From Candidatus Bathyarchaeota archaeon (lineage in GTDB: Archaea > Thermoproteota > Bathyarchaeia > Bathyarchaeales > Bathycorpusculaceae): a stretch of 64,000 bases of DNA. Shown piece by piece: positions 32,332 through 43,269 of this stretch (its first letter is position 1; the number at the start of each line of letters is the position of its first letter). The notes under the pieces are model-generated. The model made no database searches, was not told the origin of the DNA, and saw only the letters and a list, made by a program, of their open reading frames with translations. The DNA is taken from positions 800,001 to 864,000 of the forward strand of contig OY970340.1 in assembly GCA_963717465.1 (NCBI GenBank), given 5' to 3'. Position numbers and translations under genes: made by a program.

Positions 32332-32688
32332 TTATTCTGCCTCTTCTCTGACATATTTCTTACATCCCATTTTTTCAAGAAAATCCTTAAGACGCTTTAA
32401 GCCGCTTTCATCTTCAATAATATCCCCAAGGCTAACATATTCTATTACTAAATCAAGCAGTTTCCTGACAGAGCCATAACCATTCTTTACACTCACAACT
32501 TCCCCATTTTGAACGCCGAGCTCCTTCTGGTACTTATCCGCTAACGCCGCAAGCACCTCTTCGCTCCTTTTCAACATTAAAACCACGTCAGTCATGACTG
32601 ATTCCACTTCTTTCAATTTCTTATCGTCTTGCTTGGACGCACTAATACTAATCAAGTGCTCCCCTTCAACGCACATTTTCCTACCCAA
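32332..32688 (-). CDS. Hypothetical protein
   Basis: 118-aa charged helical ORF with upstream AGGTGGGTG; no family recognised. Confidence 0.5.
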   Translation of the reverse strand: MGRKMCVEGEHLISISASKQDDKKLKEVESVMTDVVLMLKRSEEVLAALADKYQKELGVQNGEVVSVKNGYGSVRKLLDLVIEYVSLGDIIEDESGLKRLKDFLEKMGCKKYVREEAE

Positions 32689-33291
32689 AAATCATCGACA
32701 CCCACCTAACCTGACCCAAACCAAACAAAAGCAACCTGGTACCAAACCTTCCAAACCCAACCACCAACACTCACACATCCTTCATCAGGCATAGCATCGC
32801 CTTCTCAAAACCACCAAAACTCCCCTAAGCACTCGAAGACTACGAACGCCTCTTCCACCCCAAACGAAACTACGAATGACCCACTCTACTCCAAACAAAA
32901 CAAACAAAACCAAAAACACCCTACAAAAAACCAAAACAAAAAACACTGACAAAAAACAACCAAAGCTTAAACCACAAAAGAACTAATTAGTGCTAATTAG
33001 CAACCGACAAACCATCCCAAAACACACCCTTAACCATGCAAAAAGTTCAAACCACACCACCAAAGACCATACAAAAAGTTCAAAACAAACAACCCCATCA
33101 AGACCAAAATAAGCACGCTTTTGCGAAAAACAAGCCCAAACCAACCGTCTTCAAACTAAAAAAATTTTCAAAATTGAACAAAAAAGTTCAAAAATCCCAC
33201 CTCCGCCACACCAAAAACAACCACCAACCACACAAGCACTATAGACTAAGATGACAAAATTATAATACGCTACCTACACAATAATAAGGAA

Positions 33292-33657
33292 GTGGCAAAC
33301 ATGTCAAAAATAGTCCCAGTCAAGAATCAAAATCTAGCAAAACAAAAAGAAAAAAACCTGCTAAGCAACGTCACCTACGAAAACGGCTTCCACTTCTACA
33401 CCGAAGTTGGAAAATACAGCGGAGTAACCGCAACCAGCCTAGCCGAGTTTGCCGATAAACTAAAAACAATACCCATCCAATCAGTAAACTTCCATTTTAA
33501 ACGACAAGACTTCCAAAAATGGCTCAAAACCACAATCGGCGACGAAGAACTAGCCAGACGCATCGACTCAATCAAAACAACCCTAACCGACGAGAACTTA
33601 AGAAAAGAACTCTTCAAAACAATCCAAAACCGAATCACCGAAATAACCAAACCATAA
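33292..33657 (+). CDS. DUF5752-like protein
   Basis: GFHFYTEVGKYSGVTATSLAEF..SVNFHFKRQDFQKWL..GDEELA pattern. Confidence 0.7.
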   Translation: MANMSKIVPVKNQNLAKQKEKNLLSNVTYENGFHFYTEVGKYSGVTATSLAEFADKLKTIPIQSVNFHFKRQDFQKWLKTTIGDEELARRIDSIKTTLTDENLRKELFKTIQNRITEITKP

Positions 33658-33843
33658 ACAAAAAACATCCCATTCAACTCCCAAAACCCCGTTATGCAAC
33701 AAACAAATTATAAACCTTAAAGCGACAGCACTAACAAAAAATAGCCTTTCCCAAACACTCACTCAACCCACAAAAACAACGACCGCATAACCAATTCTTA
33801 ATTAACAGCGACAATTAAGCCTAAGCGTAAAACAGGCGACTAC

Positions 33844-34434
33844 ATGTTTAACAGCATCCCCAAAGAAATCAAGGACAGAATGGCTTACCTGGAAAAACAG
33901 GATAAAAAAGACCGACAAAATGACACCCCCATGCTGCAAAGACTCAGGCAAGTGCCTCCTGAAACAGGAAAATTCATCGCTCTAATGCTCGCATACTCCC
34001 CCAAAGGAACCGCCCTAGAGATCGGCACAAGCGCTGGCTACTCAACACTCTGGCTCGCCTTAGCCTGCAGGACAAGAAAAAGACAAATCAACACGTTTGA
34101 AGTCTTAGATGAGAAAGCCAAGTTAGCTAAAGAAACCTTTAGGCTAGCAAACGTTGAAGATGTAGTTAAGCTTATTCAAGGAGATGCAAGAAAACTAATA
34201 AAAGAATACTCTGATGTAGCGTTTTGTTTTCTGGATTGCGAAAAAGAATACTACTTAGAATGCTACAACGCGCTAATTCCACGCATGATAAAAGGAGGCA
34301 TCCTAATAGCTGACAACGTCATCAGCCACAAGGAGGACTTGAAAGATTTTTTGGAAACGGTGGAAAAAGATCAACGTGTAGATTCAGTTATTATCCCTTT
34401 TAAAACTGGGGACTTAGTTTGTCGAAAAACTTAG
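33844..34434 (+). CDS. Class I SAM-dependent O-methyltransferase
   Basis: ALEIGTSAGYSTLWLA, GDA, FLDCEKEYY, GGILIADNV. Confidence 0.9.
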   Translation: MFNSIPKEIKDRMAYLEKQDKKDRQNDTPMLQRLRQVPPETGKFIALMLAYSPKGTALEIGTSAGYSTLWLALACRTRKRQINTFEVLDEKAKLAKETFRLANVEDVVKLIQGDARKLIKEYSDVAFCFLDCEKEYYLECYNALIPRMIKGGILIADNVISHKEDLKDFLETVEKDQRVDSVIIPFKTGDLVCRKT

Positions 34435-34789
34435 CTTTAATGAACTACTTACAGTGCAATAGGATATCCAATGGAAATCTGTCAAAATTCATGTATTACG
34501 CATTAGTATCCGGAATTCAGAAGGTTTAATTTCTTTGCAATTAACCTGCCTAAACTTGAGACAAACAATTAAAGTAGCGAAGGGTTCAACAAGGCGAGGT
34601 CATTGAGCAAGAATTATTGCAGAAGGGCATTCAACAAAATACCAGTTAATTATCTAGACCACACTCTCAAAAGCTTGGCAGAACACGTCAATCTAGGTTT
34701 TCACACAGATTCAACTTTTCGATTTTTCGAGACACTGAAGCATCACAACGAATATTAATGGAAAACTGGAAAAGTTGAGGTTAAAGTAA

Positions 34790-36411
34790 ATGATGAACAA
34801 AAACAATACTATTGCAGATTGCAACGAAATCGAGAGAGAATTGAAAGAAGCGGAAGAACGCTACCGTGCACTGTTTGAAGAAGCACCATTAGGCGTTGTA
34901 CTCATCGATCCTGAAACAATGGCCTTCATTGAATTCAACGACATAGCGCATCGTCAACTAGGATATTCAAGAGAAGACCTATCAAAACTAACGATTCTGC
35001 AACTTGTAGCCAAGGACCAAGGTGACGAAGTAAAGTCCCGTATGGCAAAAATAATGACGGATGGAGCTGCAGAGTTTGAATCCAAGCATTGCACAAAAAA
35101 CGGCGAAGTCAGAAATGTCTTAGTAACCGCAAGAACAGTCGATTTACCGGCAAAAAATCTATAATTGCCATTTTTCATGACATAACCGAAATCAGAAAAA
35201 TTCAGGATGCTCTCAAGAAAAGCGAAACAAAATATCGCCAACTAGTTGACCAAACGCAAGAAGGTGTTTGGATACTAGACAAAGAACATAAAACAACTTT
35301 TGTCAATAAGCGAATGGTCCAAATATTCGGTTACTCGGAAGAAGAAATGGTGACAAACAGTCCATACGAACTATTAAGCAAAGCCACTGCGATGCGAGCA
35401 CGATCATTCCTAAAGGAAACCGAGAACAGACTCAACGGAAATTTTGAATGTGAATTCGTACGAAAAGACGGCTCTACTGTGTACGCGATGGCTGCCGTGT
35501 CTGAAATCAAAGATGAGAAAGGCCAATTCTCAGGTTCTCTTGTCCTAATTGCTGACATAACTGAACGCAAAAAGATCGAAGACCAACTTGAAATGTACTC
35601 CAAAGGTCTCGAAGAACAAATCAAACAGAGAACCAAGCAATTAGCAGAAGCACAATCCCAACTAGTTAAATCTGAGAGATTCGCAGCGATAGGCGAACTT
35701 GCAGGAATGGTAGGTCACGACCTCAGAAATCCTTTGACAGCAATTAAGAATGCAGCATACTATTTGAGAAAGAAGAATAGCACTGCAATAAGTGATAAGA
35801 GCAATGAGATGCTAAACGTTATCGATAAATCAGTTGAATACTCCAACAAGATTGTCAACGACCTCCTCGAATTCAGTCGAGAAATAAAACTCCAACCAGA
35901 AGAATGTTCACCAAAGTCACTAATCACCTATGTTTTGCTCTCAACTAAATATGCAAGCAACATAGTAATTCTAAACCACACTGAGGACTCTCCAGCAATT
36001 TGGGTAGACGCAAACAAGATTGAACGCGTATTCCTAAACATCATCAAAAATGCTATCGATGCAATGCCAGGAGGCGGCACACTTGAAATACGTAGTCGCC
36101 AAAACGATGAGAATGTAGAGTTCACTTTTTTAGATACTGGCATCGGCATACCTTACGAGATCATCGGCAGGATATTCACACCTTTGTTCACGACTAAAGC
36201 TCAAGGAATGGGTTTCGGACTAGCAATTTGCAAACGAATCGTGGAAGCTCATCAAGGAAAAATTTCCGTTGAAAGCACACCTAACAAAGGAACAACCTTC
36301 ACTATATCCTTGCCAATAGAAAATCCAACAAGAATTGAAGCACCAGGGAACAGCAAACTAGAAGGAATCTCTATAATCGAAGACAACATAGAACGTTCAA
36401 CGCCAAATTGA
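34790..36411 (+). CDS. PAS-PAS sensor histidine kinase (one gene, 1-nt indel near 35146)
   Basis: PAS1 in 34790-35164 continues as GKKSIIAIFHDITE in the next frame; H-box GHDLRNPL, NAIDAM, DTGIGI, FTTKAQGMGFGL. Confidence 0.88.
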
Positions 36412-36585
36412 AAGAAGCCTCAAAAAAGATTGAAGAACAAACTCAAAAAGCAAAAGAACTTGCAGAAAAAATTTCCAAAGAAGCTAAAATCTAAGGGAGT
36501 TACTCTCAGGAACAAAAATTTCGGCGACAACAAACGCCTAATATTCTGAGGAAAGTGCTTGCTATTACTTCCTAATTTAATTTGT

Positions 36586-37023
36586 TTACGGATACCAATG
36601 GACAATGAGCAGGAATCCAAGAATAAGGAAAATAACAATCAATGCCAATCCAAGTATAACAAGCCAGTAAGAAGCTTTCAAAGACTCAGCAGTAATAGAC
36701 GTATCTGAGGTTTTAATCGTTGGTAAAACAAATATTAAGTGATAGTATCCGAGTAAAGTCAATATTGCACCGACCCAAAATCCGAAAACGCAAAATTTGA
36801 CTGTTGAAAAGTCGCTAAGAAATGCAATAAGTGCAGCAACAATCAGGAGCAAAGATAGAAGCATAAAACCAATAACATTCCTGTTTAGACTCTTGCCTGA
36901 AACGCTAAACTTGCTATCCTTTTTGTTTGTGTCGTTCTGTGTTTGGTTTTGGGTTCCATTTTTGTTTGTGTCGTTCTGTGTTTGGTTTTGGGTTCCATTT
37001 TTGTTTGTGTCGTTCTGAGTCAT
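36586..37023 (-). CDS. Hypothetical 3-TM protein with an N-terminal Asn/Gln/Thr repeat
   Basis: MTQNDTNKNGTQNQ repeats followed by three hydrophobic helices. Confidence 0.6.
   Translation of the reverse strand: MTQNDTNKNGTQNQTQNDTNKNGTQNQTQNDTNKKDSKFSVSGKSLNRNVIGFMLLSLLLIVAALIAFLSDFSTVKFCVFGFWVGAILTLLGYYHLIFVLPTIKTSDTSITAESLKASYWLVILGLALIVIFLILGFLLIVHWYP
36920..37017. repeat. 39-bp tandem repeat, ~2.5 copies
   Basis: TTTTTGTTTGTGTCGTTCTGTGTTTGGTTTTGGGTTCCA repeated; encodes TQNDTNKNGTQNQ. Confidence 0.95.
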
Positions 37024-37152
37024 AGTTTCTAATATTATTAATTGCATATTAAACTGTTGGTTATAGCTGACCAACATTCTTACTAAAATGGTGCATATTA
37101 GGCGTATCAGCAAGCAGAATTTGTTGTTTATTTATGAAATTTGATGGAAAAG

Positions 37153-37255
37153 TGCCGAGGGCAGGGTTTGAACCTGCGACGACTCGGTCTTCAGCTTCGC
37201 CCTCAGTCACAAGAGTAACTGGGTCGAGCGCTCTCCCAGGCTGAGCTACCTCGGC
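37153..37255 (-). tRNA. tRNA-Phe(GAA) with a 29-nt intron in the anticodon stem (about position 30/31; 37196-37224)
   Basis: GCCGAGG/CCTCGGC acceptor, GCTC/GAGC D stem, CTCG[intron]G-CTGAAGA-CCGAG, GCAGG-TTCAAAC-CCTGC. Confidence 0.9.
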
Positions 37256-37519
37256 AAGTTTTGGAATGATTTCGGATAGTGGAGAGGCTATTTAGTCAAT
37301 GTTTCTCACATTTATTTACGTTTTCGTAAGAACATTGATTATTTTTCTGGCAAACATATTCAAAGCAACATTGAGTAATGTTTTAACGTCTTGAGGGCAG
37401 CGTGACTTTTTTTCGGCTTCATCCATCTTCTGACATTCTAGCGTTTGAAAAAAGCTATTTAACACTTACACAGTATTAGCATTATTTAAGCTACTTGCGC
37501 ACAATATAGTAGCTATTAG

Positions 37520-38494
37520 GTGGGGTATTACCGTTTGGAGTCAATTACCCTAATTGAAGATTTAGCGAAAGAATTGTTTTTATCCACTGAATTGTTTCCA
37601 AAAGGAAAAAAATGCACTCTTGCCCTGAAATTGTTTCGTGAATATGCAATTAATGCATACTCAAAAAAGCCAGATCCACTCCCTACTTTATCAGCTATCA
37701 CAAACAAGAAGGAATTCAGTTATAGGGAGGTAATAGACTGCGTCCGAACATTTGTGGGAGCAGGCTTGGCTGCTTGGATAGAACTTCCGCTGATGAAAAA
37801 AAAGGAGATCAAAAACCAAAGAGGAAGACGATTCGACTTGCTTTTTCTTCCTCCAAGAGAAATGATTGATGTTCTAAAGATACGAAGTCATTCTTTCACA
37901 ATGGGCAAAGAAACTGACGATGCCTTAAACGAGTTGGAAGCTGACAACAAAGACGAATGGCTACTACCCTATGAGAGCGCCTATAACTTTCAAGGCATGA
38001 TTCCATTGCTTTCAGCTCCAAAATGGTTTGTATTCGCCCTTTCTAAATTCTTGATGAAAATAAGTTTATCTCAAGAAAAACTCTTAGAAGTCATCTTTGT
38101 AACCCAAAGGTCCACAGCAATAGAATTTCCACAACTGACGAGTTTCTTTAATGAAATCAGCAGCTCTAATTGCCAAATCAAGAATTACTTTGACAAAAAT
38201 GCCGTTGATCCACGTGCTTTCAAGGGTATGAAAGCGATTGGGAGAAACATTCAACTATTTTCAATCCCAAGTTCCGTAATCAGAGACGACCGTTACGTAC
38301 TAGTAGGAGAGTACTTCATAAGCTGCCACAAGAGACTTTCTCCATACAAGAGCTCAAAATTAAGTTACTACGAAGATTTTTACAATGTTGATGTAATAAA
38401 AAGAAGCCAAGCCGTACAAGACTTCAAAGAAAGAATAGCGGAATGGAACAAACTTGGACTATGCAAAGAAATTGAAATTTCAAACAATAATTAG
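37520..38494 (+). CDS. Hypothetical protein, possibly a TrmB-like regulator
   Basis: 324-aa ORF with a possible N-terminal winged helix; family uncertain. Confidence 0.55.
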   Translation: MGYYRLESITLIEDLAKELFLSTELFPKGKKCTLALKLFREYAINAYSKKPDPLPTLSAITNKKEFSYREVIDCVRTFVGAGLAAWIELPLMKKKEIKNQRGRRFDLLFLPPREMIDVLKIRSHSFTMGKETDDALNELEADNKDEWLLPYESAYNFQGMIPLLSAPKWFVFALSKFLMKISLSQEKLLEVIFVTQRSTAIEFPQLTSFFNEISSSNCQIKNYFDKNAVDPRAFKGMKAIGRNIQLFSIPSSVIRDDRYVLVGEYFISCHKRLSPYKSSKLSYYEDFYNVDVIKRSQAVQDFKERIAEWNKLGLCKEIEISNNN

Positions 38495-38979
38495 AAATAT
38501 TATAGTAATCACCAAGCATGACTAAACATCATCCATTTTTCCATGCATATTATGTAAATTTTACAAAATAGTCGAAATTCGATAAAATATGCATAAAAGA
38601 AACTTCAAGCAAATAAGCACTTACTCGGAAAAGGAGAAGGCTAAAAACGTCTAAACCATCAAAAAAGGGGGGAATAAAAAGGGAAGCTCTAGCCACAATC
38701 GGCGGAGCGGTTAGAGAAATCATATAAAGCCAGTAGGTTTTATCAACGCAACCTACTGGCTTAGTTGCTGAATGCTTGGTAAAGGCTGCAGACAAAAAAG
38801 AGTGAGTTGAAAAAATGATTGTATAATCCCCTCCTAAGAAACCCATTTTTTAATTGGAAATTATCAAAAAAACAGTATTTTTGTGCCAATTGATTATGAA
38901 AACACGCGAGAAGAAAAGTTGGAGAAACCCAAAAAGTTATCAGTTTATTCTCCGTTAACTTGTTACTAACTAAAGGAGG

Positions 38980-40188
38980 ATGAGGAAAATTTCATTTGAC
39001 ATGTTTGAGTTAGATCCTAAAACCAAGAGCCCTGATTGGTACTGGAAATTTGAAAAACCAACTTTTACAGATATAGACGAGCTGCTTTTCGAGCGTTTAG
39101 CTGACAGGCTTCGTGAAAACAACGAGAATAGAGCTGGAGGAGAAACTTTCGAAGCACTCGTCAATCCTGAAGAAGCCAAAAGAAACATGCTGACAACAAC
39201 AATTGAAAGGGACGTATTAACCCTCAGAGTGCTTGATTCATGGGCTGACATAATAAAAATACCTGACTTACACAAGTATCCAAAGCTAAATCTTATAGCT
39301 CAGTTAATGTGGGTTTCAAAATTTGATTTGGACGGCTTTAACCTTTACACGCCCTCTTATGGGGAGCCTGAAGTCGGCGGCACAGCCAACATGACAGCCC
39401 ACATGAGTCATGTCCCCAAAGAAAGAGCATTCGAATACATGGGTGGAATCGACAACGTTATTGTTCCAGACTTCAAGAATGTCGGTGCATACGCAAGGTA
39501 TCTTTGGGTTGTTAAAGAAATCAAGAATTTCCTGACTAAGAACGGCATTTCCTTAACAGTCGGCGCATCCTCTTGCCCTGACCCCGCTGGAGTTGGGATA
39601 GTAATTTTTGGTCCTGAAAGAATGAAAAGACTCGCTAAAGAAGACCCAGACCTCTTCCATAAAGCATTGAAAATCGGGTATCAATACTCGCTTAATTTCA
39701 CTAATGCCCTTTACGAAGCTGGAGCAGACTACGTTTGGCACTGCGCTCACCTCAACGATGTAGATTATGATTCTATAAAGCAATATGGATATGAAAAGTA
39801 CAGTGTAGACCTTTACAATGCGACAAAAATCTTTGCTGGACCAATCGGAACACTTACTCCGAGGCACGCGGAAATATTTGCAAGCTTCCCAACAACAGGA
39901 ATTTCACTGGAAGACAACGTGAATTTCGTTGAAGACATGAAGATACTCGTCAATCACGGTGTATACGCTACGTCGATTCTTGACACAAAAGTTGCTTCAA
40001 GCGGAACACCCGAGGAGATAAATAATGAAATTCGGTGGAAGTACAAGACAGCCCGAGAATTAGGACGCAACGAGTTCAACATGACTGCTGAATTTAAAGA
40101 ATTCATGGTTCCAATGGAAAGAGTCCAGTTGGTTCTTGAATCTTTACGTGAAGGAAGCAGAGCTTTCATCCAAAAAACTCTTCAATAA
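38980..40188 (+). CDS. Uroporphyrinogen decarboxylase-fold protein (divergent MtaA/CmuA methyltransferase-like)
   Basis: GASSCPDPAG, DPDLFHKAL..EAGADYV, SGTPEEINNE..VPMERVQLVLE barrel pattern; AAGGAGG RBS. Confidence 0.6.
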   Translation: MRKISFDMFELDPKTKSPDWYWKFEKPTFTDIDELLFERLADRLRENNENRAGGETFEALVNPEEAKRNMLTTTIERDVLTLRVLDSWADIIKIPDLHKYPKLNLIAQLMWVSKFDLDGFNLYTPSYGEPEVGGTANMTAHMSHVPKERAFEYMGGIDNVIVPDFKNVGAYARYLWVVKEIKNFLTKNGISLTVGASSCPDPAGVGIVIFGPERMKRLAKEDPDLFHKALKIGYQYSLNFTNALYEAGADYVWHCAHLNDVDYDSIKQYGYEKYSVDLYNATKIFAGPIGTLTPRHAEIFASFPTTGISLEDNVNFVEDMKILVNHGVYATSILDTKVASSGTPEEINNEIRWKYKTARELGRNEFNMTAEFKEFMVPMERVQLVLESLREGSRAFIQKTLQ

Positions 40189-40218
40189 CCTTTTTCATTC
40201 ATAGTATCGCGGTTATAA

Positions 40219-41390
40219 ATGGAAAGCAGGGATGCATCAACCGAAATTAAAGCGCGCTGTGGTAAGTGTACAACCTGTCTTCTAACAAAATGTAATCGTG
40301 TCTGCGCTAACTTCGGCCGATGCTACACCATTTGCCCATTTTTAAAATCCGTTAAACTCACACCAAAGGAAATAGCAAACAGTTTCAACCCTAAACAATC
40401 CAGTCGACATTCAAAGAATTTACAGTTGCATGCAATGCGGTTTATGTGAACAAGCATTATGCCCCCAAGGCCTAAGCCCTGAAGAAATGATTCTAAACTA
40501 TAGAGAAAAAGCAGTAGACCAAAACAAAGGTCCAATGCAGTATCATCGTTTCCAGTTCACAAACGAGAAAAACAACTTCTTCTCCATATACAAACAAGAA
40601 TATGGTGGCCTTGAACAGCCGACCCTTGAAGGAAAATACGACTATGTGTTCTTTCCAGGCTGCGCCTTATCCGCTTTTGCTCCTGGACTGGTTAAGGCAA
40701 CTCAGGATTTGCTTGTTGCAAAACTGGGAAATGTTGGGCTTTTGCTTGATTGCTGCTATCAACCCCTAAGAAACATTGGGCTGAAAGATGCGTTTAACAG
40801 CAGTCTGTCTCAACTAAAAGGTAAACTGAAAGAAATCGGCAATCCAAAACTCATTAGTCTCATGCCCCAACTGTTACCGTATCTTCGAAAAAAACTTGGA
40901 CAAAAACTTGGTATTATCCGTTTATGACGTGCTAAAAGATCAACCCTTAAAGTTCAAGCCGTCTGGAAACATTGCCATTCATGATTCATGCCCATTCAGG
41001 TACTACCCAAAAGAATTAGACATAATACGAAAAATATTTACCTCAAATGGCATAAATCCAATTGAATTCGACTACAACAGAGAGCATACCATGTGCTGTG
41101 GAGCAGGCGGCGGCGTTGCATACGCTAATTCGGAATTGTCTGCTAAAATGAGCGAGGATATTTTGGCCGAAGCAAAACAGAAAGGTGCCGATGTTCTTGT
41201 CGCTTATTGCTCCTCGTGCATTAACCAGTTTTCGGCAGCTTCAGAAAAATACGGCATTAAACTGTACCATATGCTTGACCTAATCACTGGAGCGCAAACT
41301 GATTATCAGAAAATTAGCCAAAACATTCAAGAATTATTCACTGAACCCAAATGGAGCTCAGTGCTTTCAAGACTTGGAATATCGCAGTAA
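40219..41390 (+). CDS. (Fe-S)-binding protein with CCG domains (HdrD/GlpC-like), two frameshifts near 40400 and 40856
   Basis: C..FGRC...CP, SCMQCGLCEQALCP, FFPGC, DCC, SCPNC (across the shift), HDSC, MCCGAGGG, YCSSC. Confidence 0.8.
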
Positions 41391-41398
41391 AAACCGGT

Positions 41399-41589
41399 TT
41401 ATGCTTTGAGCGATTTGATTTCGATGGCATTGTTTGGGCAGTATCCTTTGCATACGTCGCAGGTTACACAGGCCTTTGCGTTTACCACTCTTGCTTTTCC
41501 ATTAGTGACTTAAAGCAGTTCATTACGCACATGTCAACGCAGATGCCGCATCCATTGCATTTCTCCAAGTTAACTACCGGATGAGGCAC
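41399..41589 (-). CDS. 2x[4Fe-4S] ferredoxin (63 aa after restoring one base near 41510; not in ORF track)
   Basis: Manual translation MPHPVVNLEKCNGCGICVDMCVMNCF(K)VTNGKARVVNAKACVTCDVCKGYCPNNAIEIKSLKA. Confidence 0.8.
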
Positions 41590-41642
41590 CTAAGGTTTCC
41601 TTGTTCATTTGCTCGTCAAGGTTCCAGACTTTTCTTTTCTGG

Positions 41643-42313
41643 TCAACAATTAGCTTGTTTGGAAACGAACTTAGGCTCACCAAGTATTGATGGCAACATT
41701 TTCCATGGAATGCCGACAAGCAACTCGTTTTCCCCAAGATCGGTTGATCCTCTTGCGCCGTGACATCCGAAAGAAAAGTTGGGTTTCCCTGTCAAGTAAG
41801 GCGTCAAAGTAACATCGATGCACATGGCGTTGAATCCGCTCGTATTGAAGAAGGAACGTTCACCAGTGGAATAGGACATCGCACAAACAAACCACATAGC
41901 CTGCTCCGGATTAACAGTGAAAACAACAACATCAGGCGTAAACTCTGCCTCATCCAAAGGAGAAACCAACGTTGCCTTTATGCCGCCTTGCTTTTCAAGG
42001 CTGGGTCTCTCTTGAACCATACGTTTTGCTTCAGCAATCGTCTTGAACTTGCCAAAACCCATGTACAATTTACCATTTGCAAGTTTCTCAGGCATTTTAG
42101 TCATTCCAAGAAGAGCAGAACCGTCCGGGCAAGCATGCTTATCAGGAGTCATAAGCAATGTTTTCCCTTTTCGGCCAACATAACAGACTGGCAATGACGA
42201 AGCCTCCTGCTTAAGGATGGAATATTTTTCGGCAAAGGCTCACCATTTTTAATAAGCTTAACTGCCACAGGCTTCCACTTTAAACCCAAAATTTCGGAGA
42301 ATTTTTGAGACAT
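41643..42313 (-). CDS. DUF169 family protein (frameshift near 42175)
   Basis: ILGLKWKPVAVKL..RHCQSVML in an upstream frame joins KHACPDGSALLG, PDVVVF..PEQAM, MCID, SFGCHGAR, ELLVGIP. Confidence 0.85.
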
Positions 42314-42485
42314 TTCGACTATTACTTGGCATTAATCAAATCAACCTTACATTACCTTTACCTTGAAATGTCTAAACTATAACATTTTCCTTTGAAAAAA
42401 ACAAACTGAAGAACAATATTCGTCCTTTACCAGAAAAAACGGCATGCTTATTTTCTCTGGGAATTTTTTAAAGGCAATAAAAGGT

Positions 42486-43151
42486 CTATGATTCGCTGAA
42501 TACTGCAGTGAGCAAGCGAAGTTCCGCTTTTCTTATATGAGTTGCCAAAGCTGATTTGTGGAGACCAAGTTTCTCGGATAATTCTCTAGAACTTATTTTT
42601 CGTGGCAGGTTATAGTATCCTAACTTGTAAGCGGCAATCATAATTCGCCTCTGCTTTTCAGTTAAAACGTTAAGCGGTGAATTGAGCGAAAATTTTGCAT
42701 CCGTCAGTGACACTATTTTGTGGTGTATTTTTGCCTTTTCCAAGGCTTTGAGAGTCTCCTTAATTTGATGCACGCTTCCTAGAAAAGTCATTCTAAACTT
42801 TCCACCCCATATTTCTCTGGAGATAACATACCCACCTTTTTCCCAAACCGCTTGTGAACCAGTGCGAAGTTTCTGATCGTTTAGTCTGTGTTTGACGAGA
42901 ACTATGTAAGCGCCTCCGTTTTCCCGTTCAAGTAACTGTACCTGATAGATGTTGTCGCTGACTAGCTTAGCGTATTCCTCAATGTTAGAAATATCGGTTT
43001 CAAGTTCCACCCTGCAAATCATCGTTATCTCTTCATCAGTATGGCGAAGAAAAAACAGGACTTCCATAGTCTTTATTTTTTGAAGAATTTTCGAGTTTCC
43101 CTCGATTTTGCTAAATTCACTCTTTGGAAATTCTAATGCAAGTCTTCGCAT
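42486..43151 (-). CDS. HTH-10 (bacterio-opsin activator-type) transcriptional regulator
   Basis: LTEKQRRIMIAAYKLGYYNLPRKISSRELSEKLGLHKSALATHIRKAE. Confidence 0.88.
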   Translation of the reverse strand: MRRLALEFPKSEFSKIEGNSKILQKIKTMEVLFFLRHTDEEITMICRVELETDISNIEEYAKLVSDNIYQVQLLERENGGAYIVLVKHRLNDQKLRTGSQAVWEKGGYVISREIWGGKFRMTFLGSVHQIKETLKALEKAKIHHKIVSLTDAKFSLNSPLNVLTEKQRRIMIAAYKLGYYNLPRKISSRELSEKLGLHKSALATHIRKAELRLLTAVFSES

Positions 43152-43269
43152 AAACTAATTGCACCTATAAACATGGTATATACGTTTCGATATGCGGACA
43201 GGTCCGCTAAAAGTAAATTCGGTTGAAAACCCTTTGCTTTTTGCAAACTGAAAATACGGTCGTGAAAAA

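Noticed and set aside
33036..33254. 72-aa Lys/Gln/Pro-rich ORF
   Set aside because: Composition follows the A/C low-complexity tract; probably spurious.
38550..38846. 98-aa minus-strand ORF
   Set aside because: No motif or clear initiation signal; probably a chance ORF.
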